Assembly (NCBI GenBank): GCA_965208675.1 | Contig: OZ242351.1 | Location: 2,464,001-2,528,000, forward strand | Source of the DNA: Candidatus Poribacteria bacterium | GTDB taxonomy: Bacteria; Poribacteria; WGA-4E; PCPOR2b | Length of the DNA: 64,000 nucleotides | Direction of reading: 5' to 3' | Shown: positions 8,401-15,494 of the stretch, piece after piece | Numbering within the stretch: the first letter of the stretch is position 1 | Layout of the letters: each line of letters starts with the position of its first letter | The notes under the pieces: model-generated | What the model was told of the DNA's origin: nothing | Database searches by the model: none | Seen by the model: only the letters and a program-made list of their open reading frames with translations | Position numbers and translations under genes: made by a program

Positions 8401-10389
8401 CTGCCAGTTGTTCTTGCGGACTTGGGTCTGGGTGACGTTGCCGTTCTTGTCGTAGGTTGGGATGGTGTGCATGTTATCGGCAACGCGCCGGGTGTATTTT
8501 AGCTTTCTATCTTTCCAGTAGGCGTATTCGGTGCGTCTGCCCTGCGCGTCAATGTCTGCCGTTTTCAACCCGCGGTTGACATCCCACTCGGATTTGGTCT
8601 TGATGATATGGTCTGCACCGTTTACTGTGACGGTGGTCTTGACCTCGATTGGATACGTGTGATGGGTCGCATCATAGACAGTCTCCACAACCTTCTCTTG
8701 CGTTGTCCCCGGCATGAAGGTGGTCTTGGTTCGGTTGCCGTAGGAGTCGTAGGTGTGCTTGGTGATGATGTCGTGGTCGACGGCGTGGGGCTGTGTGCCG
8801 GTATTGGCTTTGCTGCGCTGCTCGGTGAGATTTCCCTTCGAGTCGTAGGTGAACGTCGTCTTATGCCCCATCGGGTCTATCTGCCAGAGGGGGCGGTTAA
8901 ACTTTGTCTCGTAGTCCGCCGTCCATTTGCGGAAAACAGAGCCATTCGTGGTATCTATCTGTTCCCAATTCGTGGCGTTGCCCATCTGACTGTTGTGGGT
9001 GGCATTTGTGCCCGCATAGTAGATTTTGTACAGAAAATCCAGGCTGGAAGAAGCACCGCCATGTTGCGATCTAATAAGATTTCTATTGGAGTATACCCAA
9101 CGCGAATCGGCATAAGACGCCCGCGGCATTTTCACACCTTTTACATATATCCAGCGTCTGCTTCCCAAACCGTGGTGTTTAGCAATGACGGCGCTTGAGG
9201 TGACAGTATAGCCGGCGTAATGCCGGTCGCTTCCGCTTTCTATGGCATGACGGCGGTTGTTATGTCTACTAGTAATAAAATAGTACCGGCGATATACTAT
9301 GTCCCCGTGAATGCTGCCTGCCTTGGGAAGATTTCTGACGTACACAGTTGACACCTGGAGGTGCTTGAGTCCATAGTTATATAAATAGCTAATTGTGGTT
9401 CGAGAGCCCAACGGAGAGACGATTGCTGAGAGATAGCGATAGTTATTCTTGTAGTAGGTTTCGTATTCGTATTGAGTCTTTAACTCACTGCCGCGGGGGT
9501 CGCCGGTGCCAAGCGGATGTGTAACGGATTTCAGGCAAGTTCGCACAGGTCTCGCGTATCTGCCATAGCAACCGTGGCTGTATTTTACCGTCCGATAGAC
9601 GGTTGTTAATGCCGTTGGCGTGCCCAAACCGAACTCAATTTTACTGATATGCCGCGTCAAATTCGTGTTATCTATCCGGACATCATAGTAGAATTTCAGT
9701 ATCCGTCCGAGCGAATCTTCCACCGCGACGAGCCGGGGATATTTAGGAGCGCTAGTGCCTTGATAGCGTGTCTCAGGTGCGTTCTCATAATGGAGTGTAA
9801 GTTTGTTGCCGTTCGGGTCTAAAATCTCTTTCAACACATACCGCGCGTAACGATCGGTGACAAGTTGCTCAAACGTGTATTTGATACCGTGCTTGGTTGT
9901 GTAGATAAATGCGCCAGCCTGTGTGCCTGACTGCACTAACTTCAAAGTGGCGCGCACCCCGGCTTTAGGGGTTAATTTTATGTTAGGTTTTCTGCCAGTT
10001 CCCGTAAAGGTATGTTTCGCGCCGCTGCCGGTGGTAATTGATACGATCTGCAGTTTGTAAGCTCTACTCCCGTAATGCCACGCCCCACCAGTGTATATAT
10101 CCCATTGATAGGAATGAGACCAATCGTGTCCGATATAACTGGCGCCTTGATACCAATTACGAGAGATGCCGTTGTAAATGTAATTCCGCGTAAATTCAAT
10201 CCCTAATCCGCGCCCCGGAACAACCAAATCGGTCTCCGAGTGAATGCTCCCAAAGGTAATCATATTGACCATGCCGTCCATCTCTTGCGGGTGACGCGGC
10301 ACCGGACTCCCGAACTGGCTTACGGCGGCGCTAGAGAAAGCGAATACCATCAGACTTATTAACATACAAAAACAGAAATTTCTTTTCAT
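5434..10389 (-). CDS. RHS/YD-repeat polymorphic toxin-like protein (1651 aa): signal peptide, DUF6531-like N-domain, YD repeats, inserted LamG domain, RHS core, HExxH C-terminal tip
   Basis: ETDLVVPGRGLGIEFTRNY...DWSHSY; many YD repeats; core FTGKEYE...YYFAARYYDP...QRDPAG...NNPLGFVDPTG; tip contains LVHEFSHVH. Confidence 0.95.
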   Translation of the reverse strand: MKRNFCFCMLISLMVFAFSSAAVSQFGSPVPRHPQEMDGMVNMITFGSIHSETDLVVPGRGLGIEFTRNYIYNGISRNWYQGASYIGHDWSHSYQWDIYTGGAWHYGSRAYKLQIVSITTGSGAKHTFTGTGRKPNIKLTPKAGVRATLKLVQSGTQAGAFIYTTKHGIKYTFEQLVTDRYARYVLKEILDPNGNKLTLHYENAPETRYQGTSAPKYPRLVAVEDSLGRILKFYYDVRIDNTNLTRHISKIEFGLGTPTALTTVYRTVKYSHGCYGRYARPVRTCLKSVTHPLGTGDPRGSELKTQYEYETYYKNNYRYLSAIVSPLGSRTTISYLYNYGLKHLQVSTVYVRNLPKAGSIHGDIVYRRYYFITSRHNNRRHAIESGSDRHYAGYTVTSSAVIAKHHGLGSRRWIYVKGVKMPRASYADSRWVYSNRNLIRSQHGGASSSLDFLYKIYYAGTNATHNSQMGNATNWEQIDTTNGSVFRKWTADYETKFNRPLWQIDPMGHKTTFTYDSKGNLTEQRSKANTGTQPHAVDHDIITKHTYDSYGNRTKTTFMPGTTQEKVVETVYDATHHTYPIEVKTTVTVNGADHIIKTKSEWDVNRGLKTADIDAQGRRTEYAYWKDRKLKYTRRVADNMHTIPTYDKNGNVTQTQVRKNNWQTGTLIAQTKTEYDAMNRAVKAHSFKDNWTTPYATAETVYNIAGDISQTKDPRGLITNYTVDELGRVTKQTLPDGDWVETRYNTLNQVTKAWTSQTGTETSPAVSNTYDNLNRLSKVSYKTGEVVDYTYDLGDNVLTQKTNDGANTYTYTFTHDQLNRIKNRTDSLLGYKTVYEYDDSSMRTRMYVNPTTGSTTTKLYDVQYTYDEANRLLTVKDVLANKTESYGYFDIGALKKVTVPNGITAHRTLDNVNRLSTLTYKKDASTTLSSLTYTYDDKSNVTQLVRDDTGAGGSSKTFTFGYDNISRLTSANYGNETVSYTYDKSGNRLTQVSSVDGTTTYTVATNSNQLTYRSLVPEDTDFSTMNYTYDAEGKLTQRSEGTDSDAFTYGFGSQLKQIQKTRNNTVTQTLTYAYDGGGKRVKVSDSQGTRYFLYDGLMPVLELDSSKNITASYLYGGNGVVYRRKHNAVAHWHFDEGTGTVAHDVDGSQNGTLGGGTENKKPAWSTENGGSLLFDGTNDVVKVADSDALDLVGNTLTISCWVKRSTVASGNLVKKANASNGYRLWITSTGAVQFEVLFSGTTKTVTSATTIPLNTWKHVAARYDGSELRVFIGGTKDTASTASTASLAATTKALWMGFYDATNHHLNGYLDDVSIYDAALSDAEITKLSNNQMGRYEYHHTNALGSNIVLTDDNKNVLVRYEYDVFGAVRSEVGTSDNPRKFTGKEYESDVKLYYFAARYYDPYTGTFNQRDPAGQGVNWYAYAYNNPLGFVDPTGMYIVLPGGTEIRSVPKTDADGNYIRPAGLTDDGGLVWDAIFTGGINGTGIAGSGAAGGILTDIIESDVQVNIKFDKNLASDANTDPTDFHNSGITVNVKNTPNPQFVGQLIRLTTDLVHEFSHVHNFIMYPSVFLHGSSSYDKDFYLYVMELMAFDLGARFAIENMDWVVGKSKLGRWYVGYSRFTEGQLNTYGSADYTEQLRNLAATASNYFPR
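9500..10199. repeat. 700-bp direct repeat, copy 2 (copy 1 at 1..700)
   Basis: Matches the window start at offset 9499. Confidence 0.95.
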
Positions 10390-10409
10390 GATACTTTCCT
10401 CCTTTAGAT

Positions 10410-10478
10410 GCAGTGCCAGTAGCCAGTGGTCAGTGACCAGAATGAAGCTTTTACTGGCGACTGGGCACTAGCCACTGC
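10410..10478. repeat. Heptamer-based (CAGTRRY)n inverted repeat, intergenic
   Basis: GCAGTGC-CAGTAGC-CAGTGGT-CAGTGAC-CAG ... CTGGCGA-CTGGGCA-CTAGCCA-CTGC. Confidence 0.8.
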
Positions 10479-10479
10479 T

Positions 10480-11616
10480 TTATTCCGGTATCGGGGGACT
10501 TGTGTCACCGTTTGCGTCGTTGGCTCCCGTTGTTCCAACCGGTCCTATGTCTGCGCCCCGATCCTCAAGTATTGATAGATACTCCTTCGCTTTTTCCGAA
10601 TCGCCTCCGGCTTCAGACGTCTGCACAGCATGCCACAACGATTCGTCAATCAAACCGTCAAACCGTGCCTTTGCCGCCGCCAATGCCTCAGCACGCTCTT
10701 TCGCGCCGTCAAACAGAGCGGAGAACACATTCGCAAACACCGTATCCTTACGCGTTATACCCGCCGCTTCCGCGTATAACCGAGAAGCACTAAGCTGCCC
10801 ATCGGAGTTGTAGAAGTCTTCTTCCTTCGTCCACTTCGCCTTGGTCGCTAATTCCTGTACCTGCATCACATTGGCTTCAATGGCTAAAAGGTGTGTTGGG
10901 TAGTCTATCAGGAATTGCGCGTAGGATACCGTGTTGTCGGTGGTGAAGGCGGTCCGCGTCAGTTCTAATGCGTCGAACCACGTCTGACCGGCGTTGTGGT
11001 TGGAGATGCACCACACGCTCAACTTCACCGCTCCATCGGGCGGCAAAGCACTGACGGTGACTGTCCCCCAGTCGTTTTCGCCGGCGGGCAGCATAGGTGA
11101 GTCAGACGTGCTTATCATATCTCCATCTTTATTGAACCAGGCTATCAAGAGGTAGACTTCACCGTTGTTGCCTAGGGTCTTGACCTTCCCGGTCAGGGTG
11201 TACCACTGAAAACCGTCTCTCTCAACTGTAAGCTCGTCGCTTGACCATCGACCGTAGTTCCAGCGCGAGCTGTGGATGGAGATGCTGTGGCTGCCGGCGG
11301 ATTTGACCTCGGAATCCCAGATGTAGTTGTCACCGACAAACAAGGTCAGGGGCGTCCAGTTGTTCGGACCTGGGAGTTCCTCATTGTTGTTGCTTTCATC
11401 AAACGACGGGTTAGCGAGCGCGACAGTGACGGCGGCTGCAGGCTGCTCGTCATCACCAGGCCCCACACCAGGGCCGCCGCCGGTTCCGCCAGTACCGCCG
11501 GTTTCACCAGTGCCCCCGGTGTCGTCGTTTCCGCCGGGGATAGGTGACGCGTGGAGAAATGAAGTGGATAACAACAGGAAAAGAATCGTAATTGCGCTTA
11601 TGAAATACCTTGACAT
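10480..11616 (-). CDS. Secreted protein with Gly-rich linker, CBM4/9-like beta-sandwich and helical C-terminus
   Basis: Start moved to ATG 11616 (MSRYFIS; RBS TAGGAGG 11624-11630); signal ending LHA; NPSFDE...W...YTLTGKVKT...WFDALEL pattern typical of galactose-binding-like folds. Confidence 0.7.
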   Translation of the reverse strand: MSRYFISAITILFLLLSTSFLHASPIPGGNDDTGGTGETGGTGGTGGGPGVGPGDDEQPAAAVTVALANPSFDESNNNEELPGPNNWTPLTLFVGDNYIWDSEVKSAGSHSISIHSSRWNYGRWSSDELTVERDGFQWYTLTGKVKTLGNNGEVYLLIAWFNKDGDMISTSDSPMLPAGENDWGTVTVSALPPDGAVKLSVWCISNHNAGQTWFDALELTRTAFTTDNTVSYAQFLIDYPTHLLAIEANVMQVQELATKAKWTKEEDFYNSDGQLSASRLYAEAAGITRKDTVFANVFSALFDGAKERAEALAAAKARFDGLIDESLWHAVQTSEAGGDSEKAKEYLSILEDRGADIGPVGTTGANDANGDTSPPIPE

Positions 11617-11711
11617 GTTTTGACCTCCTAAGAGTTTGTTTGATAAAGTCATTTGATACGTTTGCGTATCAAAAATGTGGAAGCTATTCAACATCGCTAA
11701 GAACTTGTTTG

Positions 11712-11743
11712 AAAAGTCCTTCCTTTCCCGACGAAAAGGGACT
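11712..11743 (-). terminator. Terminator-like hairpin in the leader of the RHS operon
   Basis: Minus strand AGTCC-CTTTTC-GTCG-GGAAAG-GAA-GGACT followed by TTT. Confidence 0.4.
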
Positions 11744-11855
11744 GTAGGCATCGCGTAACCCTGCTGCCGTCTTCTGCCGCGGGAAGGATTAAAAGATGCA
11801 TCAATCTCTAGAGCCAGCCGGATTAGAGAAAGACAATCTGCCTCCCCTGTACTAT

Positions 11856-11872
11856 GGCAAAAACCGTGCCAA
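11856..11872 (-). promoter_or_regulatory. Sigma54 (-24/-12) promoter
   Basis: Minus strand TTGGCACGGTTTTTGCC: TGGCACG and TTGC with exact GG-N10-GC spacing. Confidence 0.8.
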
Positions 11873-11991
11873 TGGTCGGTTTAAGGAGGAGTTCAACTCT
11901 GTAGAGACGGATAAATTCAGTGGTAGCCTAGGTTCGATGGATATGCGAAGGAGTCAGAAGGACGGTAGCGTGACAGGGTGCGGGTTGAAAA

Positions 11992-12096
11992 AGTCCCATA
12001 TTGGGACTGACAAGATTGGCAGAAATAGCGGATAAGCCTGTAATGACGCGGGATGGGGGCGTTTTCCCAATATGGGAATTTGTCCCATATTGGGAC
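11992..12096. promoter_or_regulatory. Three palindromic sites, candidate enhancer-binding-protein upstream activating sequences
   Basis: AGTCCCA-TAT-TGGGACT (11992-12008), TTCCCA-ATA-TGGGAA (12064-12078), GTCCCA-TAT-TGGGAC (12082-12096); 120-225 bp upstream of the sigma54 site. Confidence 0.75.
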
Positions 12097-12578
12097 GAAA
12101 GAAGAAGGTTTAAGGGCGGATTAGTTCATTCAATTGATAATTTTTTTTGTAGGACAGGATTTTTTTCAAGATTTAAATAATTTTTCGGTAAATTCCGAGT
12201 GATGTCCGGTGCGGTTGGGGAACCGAATCTACCGAGTTGGACGGAATTCGCTGTAGTTGGGAAATCGCACCTACCGCCGTGAAAGGAGGTTATACGACTT
12301 CAATTTCCGATACAGTGTTGATTAACCAATCTTCAACGCGTACACCCTAATGGACGCGCATCACTGTCTACACATTGGGGGTAAGTCAGGGCACGAGGAG
12401 GTGGGGACTTTTTTTTGAAACTGTCCGACATGGTTAGGAGCGAGGTTGCATTGCCCATTAAGCAACGCAATCAAACAGTGCAATAGTATGACCGGATTCA
12501 TCGGGGGCATCGGAACGGAATACGTCTATATTCGTACCTCGATACCGAAATTGTAAAGCGGCGAGCATAGACAATTCT

Positions 12579-13466
12579 TTACTCGCCGCTCTCCTCTACT
12601 TTCAATTTCCACAACTTCAGCTTTTGTTGCTGTGTGCTGCGCATAACAACGACCTGCTGCGGTCCAATGGAGTGGATAGTTGCGCCAGCAATAACGTCTC
12701 CCACACGCGCCGTTTGTGCCCCAAATATGGCAATCGGGTTCGCTTCGTCCCACAGGATTCCTGTCAGTTGCGGTAAAGTCGACTCGGTCACCGAGATTTT
12801 GGCTGTGATCGATTGCGGTGCAGTTGCGTCAAAAACAAACGGGTTGCGTTTGACGGAAAATCTTCGTATTGCTGGCATCTCAATCAGTGGCGAGTGACTA
12901 GTGGAGAGTGGAGAGTTAAGGAATTGCTCTCCACTCATCACTCTCCACTCTCCACTGTCTCTTTTGTGCATCGGCGAAAGTGTCAGACTCATCCACAAGG
13001 TGTCTTTTTGCATTTTTCGTCGATAGAGCCGCACTTCCTCAATTCGTACCGTCGGGACTATCCGTTCCACAACTGACAAAAAAGTTATAAATCCGTTATA
13101 GTTACCTGAAAGCGTCAGTTGAATCGGGAGCGCGCCATAATCGCCGCGATGCCATTCTCGGAGTTCCTCAACGCCGACGAGGAATGGGGATAACCTATCG
13201 GAAATTTTTCCTAGCTCCGGCAAAAGTGCATCGGGTTCACGCCAGAGGAGTTGCTTTTCTATTCGATGGCGTTTCTCCTCTGCATCGGCGACCTGTTTCA
13301 TCCACTTTTGGTGGACAGTAGAAGCAGTGTCAGTGGTCTGTGATTTGTGACCAGTAGAAGACAAGTCCTTCTCTGTCGCCGTGGCACGCTTCCATTGGGC
13401 GAGTTGTACCACTAGCGCGGCAAACAGTATGAAGACTAGAAAGTAGAGTAATCGTATCATAATCAA
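12579..13466 (-). CDS. PilO/GspM-like inner-membrane protein with PilP/GspC-like C-terminal segment
   Basis: N-terminal TM; LPIQLTLSGNYNGFITFLSVVERI..VRIEEVRL; KRNPF...QLTGILWDEANPIAIF...VGDVIAGATIHSI. Confidence 0.7.
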   Translation of the reverse strand: MIMIRLLYFLVFILFAALVVQLAQWKRATATEKDLSSTGHKSQTTDTASTVHQKWMKQVADAEEKRHRIEKQLLWREPDALLPELGKISDRLSPFLVGVEELREWHRGDYGALPIQLTLSGNYNGFITFLSVVERIVPTVRIEEVRLYRRKMQKDTLWMSLTLSPMHKRDSGEWRVMSGEQFLNSPLSTSHSPLIEMPAIRRFSVKRNPFVFDATAPQSITAKISVTESTLPQLTGILWDEANPIAIFGAQTARVGDVIAGATIHSIGPQQVVVMRSTQQQKLKLWKLKVEESGE

Positions 13467-13492
13467 AAGGCAGTGGCGAGTGGAGAGTTAAA

Positions 13493-15475
13493 ACTATCGC
13501 CTGAGATTTCTATGAAGAACTATCGTACTCAACTATTCGTTCGATCGATCGTTTCCTTCTGTTACTGTAGGAGGGACATCCCTGTCCCGACCATCGGGGC
13601 TAGGAAGCTAAGCAGGACTATCGCCCTCTCTATTCGGTCGGTTGATCCTACAGATATTGTCATTCAACTGCTTCTAACGAGGTGAGAGCTAATGTAAACT
13701 CCAGCCATCGCTTCCCGCCAATCAAGGTTTGTTCGGTCTCGACCTGTCGGACAGATGAGAATTCCGGTTGTGTGACTAAAGCGGCTCGGAACGCATTTAT
13801 CTCCGATTGAGCCGGTGCAACCCCGATAACCAATAGTGCGCGGCGGGCATCAAAGGTGACATCCGCTTTTGTCGCTTGAGATGGTAAAACAGTGCGTATC
13901 TCTGTTAGCCGCACAGTAGCGGGACACCGATTGGAAATTTGCACCAAACGCTCCGCCAACGTCGGGAAACGACGCTCGCCCCAAGCGAGATGCGCGAGCG
14001 CGTCTTCGATTTCGGTGTGACGTTCTTGCAGCGATTTGGTTTCCGTCTGCAATGTTTTTTCATGTGCGCGGGCACGACGAAGCGTATCAATACGCTCGCT
14101 CTTCGATTCGATTGTATCAAAGAGTTTCACGTTAGCACCCAACAGCAGGAGCAGCGCGGCTATCGGAATCATCCGCATCAGCAACCGCTTTCGCCGCAAT
14201 TTTCGTTTTACGGCTCTTTCGGCAAGCACCGGGGACAGCAGATTCAGGATAAAACCAGAGCCAGCGGTCAGTAACCTGTTGCCAGTGAAGGACGATTTTG
14301 CTGACCACCGGTCACTGGAAATTGGCCTCTGAATTGGTTTCAATAACGCCGTATGCCAATCGAAGGTGGATTCCGCAACCTCCGCAACCCCCAACTGTGA
14401 AGCAGTGCCAGTGGCTAGTGACCAGTAGCCAGCATTAGAAGCACTACTCTCACTGTTCACTGGCGCATGACCACTGGCACTGCCTTTGCTACTTTCGGCA
14501 GCATGGAGCAGGACAATCCTTTTCAGCGGTGTTCCCGTTGGGTTAGGACAGTTGGCTAGGCTATGCCGAACCGTTCGCCACAGTTGATCGGCGTTTTCGA
14601 TAACAAAGCTGCGCCCGAAGCAGATTTGAGCTTCCCTTTCTGGTCGGTCGGTTAATCCCGCCTCGACGACCACTAAATCGCACAGCTGTCCGTCGATATG
14701 TACGCCACATACCCGTTCCGAACCGTCCCAATGCGAAAGAAGTTGGTTGGCTAACACGACTGACTGCGGGGCTAGGTACGCCAATTCCACTCCCGAAAGC
14801 TGTGCTAAGACCGAAACTAACTTTCTCTTAAGCATCCAACCGACCAACAGCGTCGTCGGCGACAGTAACTGAAAATCGTAAGCGGCTGAATTCAAAGCGA
14901 TGGGAATGTGATTCTCGTTCTCCAGTGCGGTCTCAATCGCCACTTTTTGCAGTTCAACCGTGGCTTGGGGAACGGCATCCGACATTTGAATCCATTTGAG
15001 CAGCACCTCGTTGCTGGATATGGAGGCAAATACTGGCTGCGACTTTATGTCCGCAAGGAGGTAACGTACGGTTTCTGCGAGGGCGGGATGAGACAGCGGG
15101 TCAACGACTTGTCCCCTAAGACTATCGCACTCACTATCCGTTCGCTTGATCCCACCGTGGTAAGGGGGAGAACTCTCTGATGCCGGTAACGGTCGTGAAT
15201 CTTCCCGGACACACGTCCAGCTCCCGCCGCGCCAAACCATATCCGCTCGGCGGACTGCCGCGTGAGTTATCTGCAAACAGGTACAGCTTTTCATCTTTTA
15301 GAAAAAGCGTTGGGTTTCGAAATCCTGTTCAACCCAACTTACAATCTGTCGCCCCGCTGGGGCTTAGGTGGGTGGGGTTGCGGTATTTCTATACACCTTC
15401 CGCCCCGCTGGGGCTTTTGGCTTGATTGTTGGGTTTCGCAGAAAACTATCGCCCTCGTTATTCACTCGGTTGATC
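13493..15475 (+). repeat. Dispersed ~31-nt element ACTATCGCMCTCNCTATTCGNTCGGTTGATC (four copies plus one partial)
   Basis: Copies at 13519-13550, 13617-13647, 15121-15151 and 15445-15475; partial at 13493-13516. Confidence 0.85.
13660..15294 (-). CDS. PilM/PilN (GspL)-like fused protein
   Basis: N-terminal PilM-like region, LNLL motif before a single TM, coiled coil, then PATVRLTEI...VIGVA...INAFRAALVTQPEFSSV...EFTL (PilN-like). Confidence 0.7.
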   Translation of the reverse strand: MKSCTCLQITHAAVRRADMVWRGGSWTCVREDSRPLPASESSPPYHGGIKRTDSECDSLRGQVVDPLSHPALAETVRYLLADIKSQPVFASISSNEVLLKWIQMSDAVPQATVELQKVAIETALENENHIPIALNSAAYDFQLLSPTTLLVGWMLKRKLVSVLAQLSGVELAYLAPQSVVLANQLLSHWDGSERVCGVHIDGQLCDLVVVEAGLTDRPEREAQICFGRSFVIENADQLWRTVRHSLANCPNPTGTPLKRIVLLHAAESSKGSASGHAPVNSESSASNAGYWSLATGTASQLGVAEVAESTFDWHTALLKPIQRPISSDRWSAKSSFTGNRLLTAGSGFILNLLSPVLAERAVKRKLRRKRLLMRMIPIAALLLLLGANVKLFDTIESKSERIDTLRRARAHEKTLQTETKSLQERHTEIEDALAHLAWGERRFPTLAERLVQISNRCPATVRLTEIRTVLPSQATKADVTFDARRALLVIGVAPAQSEINAFRAALVTQPEFSSVRQVETEQTLIGGKRWLEFTLALTSLEAVE

Positions 15476-15494
15476 GCTCGACCCAATCTACAGT
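15309..15494. repeat. Cluster of REP-like palindromes between the secretin and pilMN-like genes
   Basis: GTTGGGTT..AACCCAAC hairpins and two copies of CGCCCCGCTGGGGCTT (15350-15365, 15401-15416). Confidence 0.7.

Noticed and set aside
9000-10199. Tyr/Asn/Arg/Ser-rich RHS N-terminal region plus a repeat, suggesting a diversity-generating retroelement
   Set aside because: The two copies show no differences, adenine-specific or otherwise, and no reverse transcriptase is in the window.
11750-11850. c-di-GMP-I riboswitch (ACGGCAGCAGGGTTAC resembles its 3' end)
   Set aside because: The 5' GCAAA/GAAA-tetraloop/GACGCAAAG elements are absent.
13493-15475. CRISPR array from the ~31-nt repeats
   Set aside because: Copies are degenerate, irregularly spaced (about 100 to 1500 bp) and there are no cas genes.
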